A DNA stretch of 64,000 nt from Eledone cirrhosa (Eukaryota): assembly GCA_964016885.1 (NCBI GenBank), contig OZ024742.1, positions 125,054,001-125,118,000 on the forward strand, given 5' to 3'. The notes below the pieces were generated by a model. The model was not told the DNA's origin, ran no database searches, and was given only the letters and a program-made list of their open reading frames with translations. The position numbers were made by a program, and so were the translations under genes. This document shows positions 12,959 through 25,329 of the stretch, piece by piece. How positions within the stretch are numbered: position 1 is the stretch's first letter; each line of letters begins with the position of its first letter.

Positions 12959-13064
12959 ATGTATGTATGTATATATATATATGCATATATGTATGTATAT
13001 ATGTATATATACATACATATATGCATACATATATGCATACATACATATATAAACCTCTAAAGGG

Positions 13065-14880
13065 AGATGTACATATACCAGGGGGTTGACATTAGCGCAA
13101 ATCATATTGGTCTCCAACAACAAAGACACACACTTGGCAAAAATCTACCGACCCATTGCATGCCAAAACTTAATGTATAAGGCCTCCCAGAACCTATTTC
13201 CCCAGCATCGCTGTGACAGTAATATTATCATCACAGATGAGCAAGCATTTAGGAAGAAAGGCATTTGGGGGTGTGCTGAACAATTCCTAATTAACAAAGC
13301 CTCGATGTCAAAGGTGCGACAACATAGGAGCAATATGGTTTCAGTCAGGCTAAACTACAGGAACGCATTTGATTGTGTTCGTCTCAGATAATATTCTCAC
13401 AGCCATAGAGAACCAATCTGCTTACGGTATTTTCAAAGGATATAGGAACGAAGTTTATCCGGGATAAATGTTCATATATGATTGTAAAACGGGAAAAGCT
13501 ACAGGCCAATCTAGCAACTTTTTTATCAATGGCCTAACGAGGAATGCTACAGATACCTAAGAATAGATCAGAATATATTCTATGATGGTATCTGTAACAA
13601 GGAATGTATAAGCAGGGAATATTACGCCCGATTAAGAAAAATATTTTCATCTGAAATCTCTGTACACAATATAACAGTGGCTCTCAATGTGTTTGCTGTA
13701 CCTGTCCTAACATCAACGTTTCGAATAGCCGAATGGACGATAGACGGAATCCGTGCAATTAATGTTAAAACCCGAAAAGTCCTGAAATACGCCGGGAACT
13801 TCCACATCAACCGTAAAATACACCACCTCAACTTGAAAGGTAAGCATAGAGGCTGTGGCTGAACATCAATCCAGACTAATTGAGTGTCGCATCATATCCC
13901 TCCGACAACATCTATGAACCTCCAAGAGAAGGAACCCGTTTATTGATCAAGTCTGTCTACATGAGACGGATAAGATCATGAGAGTTGGGAAGAAACTATT
14001 TAAAAGATACGGCCCGCATGATAATCAAATCTTCACAACAAGGGAGACTGCCCAGCAATACCACAGTGAAACCATGGAAGAATAATACTTATCAGCAAAG
14101 CATTATGCAGGGATATATTGCCTGTACGATCCACAAAAAGAGTAATATAGATAAGCAAAGTGGTCTCTCTTGGAACAACAAGCGTTATATTGGCTCCGAC
14201 TTTGAAGGATGCGTTTTTGCAATCCAAGAACAGGAAATTAATACAAAATACCTGATTTAAAAAAGAGATAGGAATGCTGGCAAAACACTTAGATGTGACA
14301 ACAAATGCACACTCTGCAGAATTAACATCGAAGATGTCACCAATTTCATAAGCAGCTGCCGTAAGATATCATTACAGTACTATATACCTATTTACCTATG
14401 AGGCATGATGTGTTGAACAAAGAACTATATAATACAATACGTAGAAATAACAATAAACAAATTAAACGTTACAGAAAAGTGGAGACATGTACATACATTA
14501 TATGAAAGTGTAATAGTAGAATGTCCCCTTCAAAACAATAAAGTGCATGCATAACACACCAGATATAATGATACGTGTCAGAGAAGAGAAAACATACACA
14601 ACAGTGGATAGCGCAGCAGATGCCAAAAACAGTATTAAATATTAGCGAAATGGAGAGTATCTATGCTGAACAAATGAGGAATCTGCAGACACTCCACAAT
14701 GACTATACCTTCAGATTTATACCTGTGTTTATTGAAGCACAGAGATGGGTTAGTAACTGCGTCAGTACAAATCCTGAGAAGCTGAGTTTTACAGAACAGA
14801 GGGGAGATAACGAGTTAGGAATCTACTAGTACAATTTATTAATGGAACTGTAAAAATATTTAAAACATTCCAAACAATGT
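13065..14880 (+). mobile_element. Degraded R4/Dong-type non-LTR retrotransposon (RT + CCHC + restriction-like endonuclease)
   Basis: YRPIACQNLMYK, EQ..KGIWGCAEQFLINK, NYRNAFD, ALNVFAVPVLT, FAIQEQEINTKYL, CTLC..ISSC zinc knuckle, MRHD, HNTPDIMI and FIPVFI; internal RT deletion. Confidence 0.8.
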
Positions 14881-15131
14881 GCATCAAATAACTGCATGTG
14901 CACACGAGCCAATACAAATGATATACACAAGCACACATATAGCTAAGAAAATCAACATCCACACATACATATACACATAAGCACGCAGGCAGACATGCAT
15001 ACATATCTACCTAGTTGATATTATCTAAATTCCAAGAGTCTTGTGTCTATGTTAGAAGCCGACAGATTTATTCTACTGGTAAACATGTATAACATTATAT
15101 AACCAGAAGAACATACACACACTGATATATG

Positions 15132-15179
<48 letters not shown>

Positions 15180-15259
15180 AGAAAAAACGAGGAAGTTTCG
15201 TTTACACGTGAAAATACCTGATCCACCGTAACTGAGCTGTTTCGGATCACATAAAAATC

Positions 15260-16200
15260 AACATACTGACTTAGTAAGAGTGATGAGGAACGCGTCCCGC
15301 ATCTGCAACCCCGAAGAATGAGAGAGACGCATATAACACTTCATCCACCTCTTGCAGTTCTCTCGCTACAGTCGGAGGAACAAGATCAGGGTATATAAAG
15401 GAGCCAGCACCAAATGGGCAAAGATTGTAGAAAATGATGCAAAGGGGTCTTGCCCCATGTATAGGAGCACATTTTGGAACAGAATAGAAAGGATTGGAAA
15501 TAAGGCAAATGAAATAAACTCATGTTATGATAGCAATAAATATCAGACTGTAATGTTCATCAATACAACCCCTAGAAACGAACTAGCTTACAGAATTAGA
15601 AGGACCCTAGAGAGACAAAAATTAAATATTAAGATAGTTGATAGACCAGGTATTCCCATAAAACGCTAATTAGTAAAACATACCCATTTCAAAGAACCCT
15701 CTGCGCTCATCGGAAATTCATAGTCTGCAAGCAAAGCCCGGAAACTAACTGCAAAACAAATAGGAACGTAGAATATAGCATAATATGTACTGAGGGACAG
15801 TGTAGGAATAAGGACATAACATACATAGGTGAAATAGCCCGTAGGCTACGAGAAAGGATAAACACTGGCGAGAAATCCAGGATGTGAAAAACTCATTAGT
15901 ACTCCACCAACATGCCAAAATAGAACATAGGGTCACATTAGAGAACATTGAGATAAAAATGATATCCACACACAAATAGAACAAACAACCAAATAGTGAC
16001 TAGTAAATAAACACATACATAAATAAATAAGCACCACACACACGGATGTAACGCATGTACAAACTAAGCACACAACGTACAACACACGAAACATGATGGT
16101 GTAGGACAGAACAAAGGAGAGACACAAAATAAAAACCTAGTCACTGATGAGGTCACAGAAAGTGTGACGAAAGACCTTCGAAAATATATAAACAACCTTC
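15260..16200 (+). mobile_element. Penelope-like element 3' fragment (RT thumb/linker + GIY-YIG) with partial HHR
   Basis: ORF 15352-15669 (VMFINTTPRNELA..IKIVDRPG), TACATAGGTGAA = YIGE at ~15822, and CTGATGA-G-GTCACA/TGTGAC-GAAA at 16144-16172 without the stem I 3' arm. Confidence 0.75.
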
Positions 16201-16357
16201 AGGTTATCGAACCAACCAACCGGAAATTTATAATAAATTGAAGTGAAAATCGGCAGGCGCGTGTGTTTTTATTGGCAACATGACCATCCCAAAGTATAAT
16301 AATATATGTTTCAACACATGATTTCGGATAAGAAATCTTGCAAAACACATTCAAAAT

Positions 16358-16404
<47 letters not shown>

Positions 16405-17318
16405 TTCATATACACATACGCATATATATTTACACATGCGCATATATATATATATACACACACGCACATACACATATGTACACTTAGATCGCAGAATTTT
16501 CGTATGAACATGTGTATGTGAGATTGTGTGCATGTTTGAGTGTGTGCATGTATTTCTCTGCGTAGGTAAATGGAATTACGAATATTTTTATCCAATAAGT
16601 TTTCTAGATTCCTTAATTAAATACGGATATTTAAAGCACCATACATATAATAGTTTTTCTGCATACAAACACTGATAAACACACTAACACGCACACAAAG
16701 GTTTGGGTGCGTGCGTAATTGTGCGTGTGTGTGTGTACGTAATTGTCTGTCAGAGTTTACATGTGTTTGCATGCGTTTGCATGTGTGTGTATTTGTGTGC
16801 GTGTAAATATGAGACTATGATCAAAAAGAAAATGGCTTTTGTGTCTTTGATAATAGTCGTAAATTTTAAACAACCTTCCCAAATAATACCAAGATAATCA
16901 GTTTCATATCAACGAAATCTTGATCACCATAATCTTTCTATGAGACATAAAATACACACGAAACGATAAACACGCAGCGGGGACATGTCTTGTGTTTATA
17001 TTTTTATGTTATTTCACTTATATGTTTTCGGTTGTAAATGGCAACTAGTATGAATCAATATCTAGTTTCTTAAAGCATGCATTAGATCGCTGCAATTACA
17101 TTACAACTATGCTTAAAGCCACCTTTCAAAATAGCCGGCCTCCTAGTCAGCATCAGGTGCAGTCAAATTACAATTCATATAAGCAGGCATATGAAGGTTT
17201 ATTACTCTGGAAGTGAATTATTTTGAACAGTCTAATAACTTTGCCTGCCTGTCAAATTCTTGGCAATCTTCCGTCTTTTCTACCTACCTGCATTTCACCA
17301 TTTCATTAATTGCTAATA

Positions 17319-17454
17319 TTCGGTGAATGGAGAATAATAAATGCAGTCGTAGTCATAAACTTCAAACACACGCCTACTAACACAAGCAATAACACCCGTG
17401 TATCCGTGCATACACACATAAACATATCTATTTATATGGGAGAATGAATGAATG
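17319..17454. repeat. ~136-bp local direct duplication (second copy 19049-19186)
   Basis: TTCGGTGAATGGA.AATAATAAATGCAGTCGTAGTCATAAAC...TATTTATATGGGAGAATGAATGAATG in both copies. Confidence 0.9.
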
Positions 17455-17898
17455 TATGTACATATACATATATATATATATATATATATGAAAGACGTAA
17501 ATAAGAAAGTTATGAAAAGTGCCTTACTCACTAAAATTTCACTCCAACTAATTAGTTTCTGTAAGGGGATAAATACAGTTATGTAATACCTGTAGAGAAG
17601 CCTTACGTCATCAGGGAGTCTATTCTCAGCTAAGCCACCAGGCAATGCGGGGACACTGGAAGCTTATATAACAATAATTCAGTGGAAGGAAAAAAGCGAA
17701 AAAATCGAGCGGGGCTAGATTCCAAGCCACTGAAAAATTCGCTGCCTTCTTGGTCAAGTGGCAAATTCAAAAGAATTAATCATATGACACTGAGGTTAAC
17801 CAGCTTGGAATGGGGGTGCTATTAAGACAGAGCCTAGCCACTGCTATCAGTCACAGTAGTAATTTGGCAAATTTGCTCAACAAATAATTTGGAGAAGA

Positions 17899-17982
17899 AT
17901 ATAAAGCATTAATATATCTACCGACATATGTATACAGATGCATCCGTATACATATGTCGGTAGATATATTAATTCTTTATAT
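17899..17982. repeat. Spacerless palindrome, 42-bp arms
   Basis: ..ATCTACCGACATATGTATACAGATG|CATCCGTATACATATGTCGGTAGAT.. with two mismatches; runs into (TA)n. Confidence 0.9.
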
Positions 17983-18005
17983 ATATATATATATATATAT
18001 TAATT

Positions 18006-18048
<43 letters not shown>

Positions 18049-18380
18049 TGTGTGTGTGTATATATATATATATATTCATATTCATATAGTCATAGTTTGA
18101 ATTTATTCTGTGCATATCTGATAAGATGACGATGCAGAGTCGGACGGCGACAATTGTGATCGAACCCTGAGTTTATCGATATCGTATTATGCAATAACAT
18201 TCATTTATGGCGCAGCCTTGACCTTTATATATATATATAAGCAAAAGGGATATCCAATTTGTTGGTAATTCAACAAACTTAAATGTTTATAACTGATTCA
18301 GAGCACTCGACAAGTTTTCTGGAGTATAATATTCAATGATATTAAATAAATGGAAACTATATGTATCAAACCATATTTAC

Positions 18381-18435
18381 TCTATTATATATATTTCAAG
18401 GGTACCAAAACTTTGGTACGCTTTCATCAGATAAA
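18381..18435 (-). ncRNA. Type I hammerhead ribozyme motif with complete core
   Basis: Minus strand TTTAT-CTGATGA-AAGCGTACCAAAGTTTTGGTACCCTT-GAA-ATATATAT-A^ATAGA: 5-bp stem I, strong stem II, palindromic stem III; in an AT-rich PLE-like tail ending at (TA)n ~18225-18238. Confidence 0.8.
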
Positions 18436-19596
18436 ATACAAAGTTTGTTTTATAAATTTTGACATAACCAAAAAAGATACCTTAACGGTTCAAGTTTTTC
18501 TTGGATAGTGAAGGGAAAAGAGAAGAAAAGTCAGATATTTCAAATTATTAAGATGAGTATGCAAATGAGGTTGAGGTATGGGGCTGCAAAAATGTTATTT
18601 TATACGCTATGCAGAATTTAAATAATTAGGATATATGTATATAGAAGAAGAAAAAAAGAAAGAAGAGCTTGTATTTACGTTCATTTTAAAGGAATTAAAA
18701 ATTTGCGGGAAGGTTGGAATATGATTCCAGAATTTAAATGTATTTAGCTATAATATGAGCTATAATATTGTATATATAATCAATTAGATTATATGAAGAA
18801 TTATGGTTGTAAGTAGATTTTATCTTATTACATTACAATAGGTTGTAAGTATATAAATATCTATATAGATTAATAATTGTGCATGTATTATAGAAATAGA
18901 ACTAATTTACAATTATTAGTTGTTTACATTTCTAATATGAGTTACGAAGGACGTTGATTTTGTATTTTACATAAAAAACAGGTGGTTTAAGTTGTAAGAG
19001 GAGAACAATTTGTAGATTCGAATATTTTGTTCCAACATTGAAAATGCTTTCGGTGAATGGAAAATAATAAATGCAGTCGTAGTCATAAACATCAAAAACA
19101 CGCCTACTAACACAAACACCAACACCCATGTATCCATACATACACACATATAAATATATCTATTTATATGGGAGAATGAATGAATGATACCCCTCTAAAT
19201 ATATTTTTTTAGATGTAGATCGATAATCTTTAATTGACATTCTGAAAGTGTATCCTCTTTACGATAGTTCTTCGAAATGCACGTTACTTTTTTCCTCTCC
19301 TTTTGATCTTCAAACTTTCATACATCTTTCGACTAAAATAATATATAATTGAAATTAATCTCACACAAAATAATATATAATTTTCTCTATATATTTTCTG
19401 AGTAAATCATTCATCAAATTTAACGGTTAACAAAGTTATCTTTCCCTTTTAAATCGTGCGAACATAGTTCAACGACATGACATATGCTTACAATAACAGC
19501 CCTCGTCACTTTCATCTTTCATTCTAAACATGAACTTCTGAACTCCTGTTGCTGTCGTATATATCCCGTCATGATACACCGCGTGGCATTTTATAA

Positions 19597-19690
19597 TAAC
19601 TTTGCCTTTCATCCTTACGGGGTCAATAAAATAAAAATACCAGTAATGTACTGGAAATTGGTGGCTTTGTGCCAAAAGTAGAAACAATTA
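19597..19690 (+). mobile_element. SINE 3' half
   Basis: TAACTTTGCCTTTCATCCTTACGGGGTCAATAAAATAAAAATACCAG...GTAGAAACAATTA. Confidence 0.8.
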
Positions 19691-19893
19691 TATTATAATA
19701 TAATATGTATGATAAACTATATAACTTCGCTAAATTAACAATATTCTATTGTTATAATATTGCCAGAAATAATAACAACCCACTCACTGCTTGGTTGGTT
19801 TTTCGCTTTTGTATCTTTTATATCGCCATAGTTAATTTATTTGGCAATCAATGTTTATCATTGATTGACCAGCGGTTAAACATACATATACAA

Positions 19894-19924
<31 letters not shown>

Positions 19925-20049
19925 AAATATTAAAGAAATAATGAATAAAACAATGAAACAGTTCCTTATATTAAACAAAAAAAGTTCATTATTTAACGAT
20001 CGTTTCTAGGATATATATGTGTTAGAATTGGCATGCATATTTATCTACA

Positions 20050-20144
<95 letters not shown>

Positions 20145-20656
20145 GGAGAGAGAGAGAGAGAAATGGATAGATACGATTATCACGGAATTGGAATTATTGG
20201 TGGTATGGATGATCAGTCGTCCATCTGCTGTTAATTGTTTTGCGTGTTTGTGTGTGTTTGATTAGTGTATGTTAATTGCTTGTTTATGTCAACATTGTGA
20301 TATGTTGAGTGTTGCTTCTATAATTCATTTTCTGTTTAGATTGAATTCTCACTTTGGAAGTTATTTATTATTTAATGTTGAATTTTAATGCGGTTTTGTT
20401 TACCTTGACTTGGAAATAAAACTGCTATGAAAAATCAGATGACAGAACACAAAAATATGCACTAAAAGTACACTAAATTTAAAATTCAATATCACATGGC
20501 AAATCTGTTACCCAGCAAACAAGCTGTTAATGGTCAATATGATTTGCAAATTTGATTGCAAACGTGACCGTTGTAAACTTCAGAAATTAAAATGATGTAT
20601 TAGCCATATCGTTGCGGCATACACTTGCCGGCTCACCATGAAAGTACAAGTAACTT

Positions 20657-20704
20657 CTACTACTACTGCTTGTGCTGCTGCTACTACTAATACTACTGCT
20701 GCTG

Positions 20705-20756
<52 letters not shown>

Positions 20757-20761
20757 CGCTG

Positions 20762-20824
<63 letters not shown>

Positions 20825-20890
20825 GTGTCACTACTACTACTGCAGCTACTGCTACTAACACTACTTCTACTACCACTGCTACCACTATTG

Positions 20891-20923
<33 letters not shown>

Positions 20924-21043
20924 TTACTACTACTACTACTACTACACTACTACTACTGCTGCTGCTACTACTACGATTACTACTGCTGCTGCTACTGCTA
21001 CTGCTACTACTACTACTACTACTACTACTACTGCTACTACCAT

Positions 21044-21091
<48 letters not shown>

Positions 21092-21188
21092 ACTGCTACT
21101 GCTGCTGCTGCTACTACTAATACTACTGCTGCTGCTACTGCTACTGCTGCTACTACTACTACTACTACTACTACTACTGCTGCTACTG

Positions 21189-21233
<45 letters not shown>

Positions 21234-21272
21234 TTGCGACTAATACTACTACTATAACTACTACTGCTGCTG

Positions 21273-21329
<57 letters not shown>

Positions 21330-21642
21330 TTACGACTACTACTACTACTATAACTACTACTACTGCTGCTACTACTACTACTACTACTGCTGCTGCTGCT
21401 ACTACTACTACTACTACTGCTACTACTACTACTATAACTACTACTACTGCAGCTGCTGCTACTAATACTACTTCTAATACCACTGCTACCACTATTGCTA
21501 CTACCCATTACTACTACTACTACTACTACTACTATTACTACTACTACAACTACTTCTATTACTACCACTACTACTACCACTACTACTACTGCTGCTGCTG
21601 CTGCTACTACTACTACAGCTGCTACTGCTGCTGCTACTGCTG

Positions 21643-21695
<53 letters not shown>
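20657..21695. repeat. ~1-kb imperfect (TAC/TGC)n trinucleotide array
   Basis: ACT repeats with GCT/AAT/ATT/ACC variants and a few phase slips. Confidence 0.97.
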
Positions 21696-21696
<1 letters not shown>

Positions 21697-21958
21697 AATT
21701 AATGCTTTCTTTATTAACAACAAGGGTTTACACAAATTAAAACATTAAGGACAATAGAGGACAATACAGGATGGTACAAATGGGCATTTCTGCGTGTAGA
21801 AAGAACAAGAACAGAGGATGTAACAAAAAGGAAACAATGCAAAATTCCCCAAAAGGGGGGAGACTTTCGAGGGACATTCGTGGAGAAAGCCCAGTAAAAA
21901 AACCACGGTGACCCTGACCACCAGGGCAAGTGCCCTCTCCCAGTTTTCCACCTTCAAT

Positions 21959-24900
21959 TTACAGGTGCAATCTCAGTGTAGGCCCATTCACTAGGGCCAT
22001 GCTTGCCTCTCTCACCCATCTTTCAACAAAATGTTGGGAAGAGAGTTCTTCCCTCTCTACTCTGATTTTCCTTTTCAAATGAAATTTGAAAAAGTTTATC
22101 AGGGCATCACCGAAAGGTAAGTGCACATCTTCAGCCCTTTCAAACGCGTCCACCCCACTATCACTTTCGCCATGGCCACCAGACCAGATAAAAACTGCCT
22201 TTCCTTCCCGGCTAAAGGAAGAGGGCAGGGTAATCCTCACGATGGACTCAGCTGATAGCCGGATCCTTTCTACACGCGACAGCAGGTGTTCGACATAAAC
22301 CCACAAGTCAACAATGCTCGGACACTGGACGAGTTCGTGTAGGACGGTTTCGTCCTTCTGCGTTCATCTCGGACATGCCCGTCTGACGGCACTTCCATGC
22401 CTGTAGAGTTTATCCCGAACTGGCAAAGCTCCTCGGTAGCACTGCTAGGACAAGTATTTCTGGAAGTTGTCCATAGACCCCGGCCCGAAATTTCTCCCGA
22501 ACAGATTGGCTAGTTGATTTTCCTCGACGACCAGAGTCTCCCCAAGTAGGTCGTCGCTCTTCCCCTCTACTACTCCTCTATAGAACGCCGAGGCGGAGTT
22601 TCTACCGATCGCTTTGCTCGACTAGTCGAGGACTGTGAGCGCCTGAAGACATTCCAGCCTCCAAGACCTCCCTCTCGGTCTTCGCTTGACCCAGGACTGC
22701 AGCTCCGCCAAGGAGACGAGCAGGGGAAACACGCGTCTAGCAAACGGCGACTCCACCTGATCACCGTCGAGGAAGAGGTGGAGATGTCGTGGGCTGAGCA
22801 ACTGTCTGCGCATCAACAGCCACGGCAAGCCCAGCCCTCCACGTAGCGGGTGTTGACAGCAGATGGACCACCTGACCATCAGAGCGCGTCCCTTTAACAT
22901 AAAGCGAAAGGTGAGGCTTAGGACAAGGCACAACGGTCAGGCGGTAGTAGATGAATGATGCGATGTACGCATTCGCCACCTCCGCTCGACCTTTCAGGGA
23001 TCTCGTCATCTCTGCCCATTTCTGGATGAGAGAAGCCACCCTGCTCGTCACCTCGTCCCAGTTTTTGTTCGTCTGGAGGACTGGACCGAACCAGACCCCT
23101 AGCAATTTAACCGGTGCGTCCGTCCGTCCAGTGCCCGCGACGCTATTGGACGGCATGGACTTGTCTCTCAAGGTGCCGAGCTGCAGGCCCACCGACTTTT
23201 CCTGGATGATCATTGCTCCTGTCACCGCCTCGTATTCTCTTAGTGAGTGCTGATCGCCTCGATGTGTTTGGCGTTCGACACCACTACGGTGACATTGTCT
23301 ATATATGCTGACACGCATCTTCCGCATCCCGGTTCGCGGGGGGTACCCCCTCAACATCTCCAGTTTGTGCAGTAATGGCTCGAGAGTTAATACGTACAAC
23401 AGGGATGAGAGGGTACATCCTTGGCGGACCGCGCGCATGATGTTGAACGGTTCAGAAAGGTGACCGTTCACTCTCACCACAGAGCAGATGTCGGTGTGCA
23501 TAGCAGCAATCCAGCCGCTGGAGACGGGCCCAAAGCCAGTCGCCCTCAGGACTGCCGCCAGATAACGATGGTCGATCTTATCGAAAGCTTTCGACTAATC
23601 TAAATTGATCAAGGAGCCACCAGTGCCAGGTTCCCTAGCTTCCCTCTCCACGATGTATCGCATGAGGTGGAGGTTGTCGTGGATGGATCTGTCTGGGATG
23701 GCGGATGTCTGCGCCTCTCCCACCAGACCATCAACGACAAAATCTTGAACTCTGTGTTTAGCAGAGTTATGGGCCTGAAATTATCTGTGTTATCCCCTTG
23801 TTCGGATCCTTTCTCAGCAGCACCACCGCTCCTCGGCTCACAGAGCTGGGAATTCTCCCGTTCTGCTGCCAGTTGCAGTAGACGTCCGCCAAGAGGCATC
23901 CGACCATCTCTGGCATATGTACGTAAAGTTCGTAGGGCAGAGCATTCAAACCAGGCGAATTACCCCTTGTGCAGCTAGTCATTGCCACACGTACTTCATA
24001 GGCTTTTGGCAACACTCTGCCTCAGTGGCCGAATGCCACGGCAGTTCGTCGAGTTAGCCACTAAAGTCCATCCCGCGATCCGGCCCGCCGCTGCCCCCGA
24101 ACAGCTTGGTGAAGTGTCGCTGAAAAGATTCAGACATTTTCCCGGGATCGAGTAGCTTGCGCCCGTCGTGGTCCACCAAAGACCGGATCGTGGCCTTGTT
24201 GCCACGACGAGCCTCCACCTCTCTGGCCCATTGAACGGCTTTAGTCCCCTCGTGTCTGACAACGCAGCCTTCGTGCTTTGCATTGAAGAATTGGTCGAGT
24301 GTCAATTTAGCCGCAAGCACGTCGGTCGCGATGCCTTTACTAAGCGCCCCGTCTAATTTTCTAACTAGTTCTCCCTCTGCTCTATTTTTCCCTATAGCTA
24401 ACGCTTTACTAAACCTAATGGACACTATTCTAATCGCTCTTTTCAGAGCAAACATCATTTGTTGTTGACGATGGCCCCCGTCAACGCCCGCTTAACTAGT
24501 TCGCTAATCCGGTCTCTGTAGGCTTTGCGCGCTGTTAACGACGCGTTTAGCTTCCAGTCGCAGGGTCCCTGCCTATGAAGCCTATCTAAGTCAACCTCAC
24601 AGATTACGAATTTATGGTACGTGCAGTCGACTATTTTGAATTGTGGTCGCCTATGCAAGACCTATCTATTTCCCTACAAAATACCCTATCTAGATATGAT
24701 CTGGATGACCCGATACGGTTTGTCCATGTCCACATTGGCACATTCGGGATGTCCAGACGGTACCTGTCAGACAGTTGAAACCGTCTGAGCAGGTTTGCGA
24801 GGCTGTTACACCCACCTCCCTTCGCCGCTAATCCCACGTAGTTCCAGCGTGCATCTAAGATCCCGTTCCAGTCGCCCACTAACACTAAAGAGCGAGATGT

Positions 24901-25164
24901 TCCAAGAAAGGTCACCAGACTCCGGAAGAAATCAGGTCGCCCTGCTCTTGTCGGGGCGTAGACGGCCACTAGCCTGAAAGCTTGTCCGTCTCCGCTGGTC
25001 ACGTCCAGCACCAACAACTTACCTTCTGGGTCCAGGAAGATTCTGGTCTAGATGATGGCCACCACATCTATGTTTAGTGACCTGAGGTCATTGAGCAGGT
25101 GGCCCTGCTTGCATGACGACCCCAGACCACGCGCATTTATGCTGCCTATTCTGAGTAAGGTCAT
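21959..25164 (-). pseudogene. Tx1-like ORF2 (APE endonuclease, reverse transcriptase, C-terminal Zn finger), frameshifted
   Basis: MTLLRIGSINARGLG start, RLVAVYAPT, LVGDWNGILD, SYLDRVF, SPGLNALPYELY, FRPITLLNTEFKIL, KAFDKIDH, AVRQGCTLSSLLYVLTLEPLL; ends ..GPTLRLHL*. Confidence 0.9.
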
Positions 25165-25329
25165 GTTGAAAAGGAGTGGAAAAAGATGGGAAAGACCACT
25201 TACCTCACTTCTTTCGGGGGAAGGATGGTTTTTCCGTCCTTCTCACTGTTTGTGGCCCCTCCCGAAGGATGTTTTTATAGATCCTCCGGGAAATTGTTTG
25301 TCCGAAGTCTCCGATGTCCTTGAGGAATC

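Noticed and set aside
18114-18185. Additional HHR candidates (CTGATAA..GAAC here; half motifs at ~15226-15250, 29523-29540, 45729-45745)
   Set aside because: Only half the core is present or there are several core substitutions without stem I; probably relics but not supportable individually.
20580-21740. Long poly-Thr/Leu/Tyr/Val/Ser ORFs (mucin-like)
   Set aside because: They are read-outs of the TAC array; variant codons are single-base changes and phase slips break the Thr frame.
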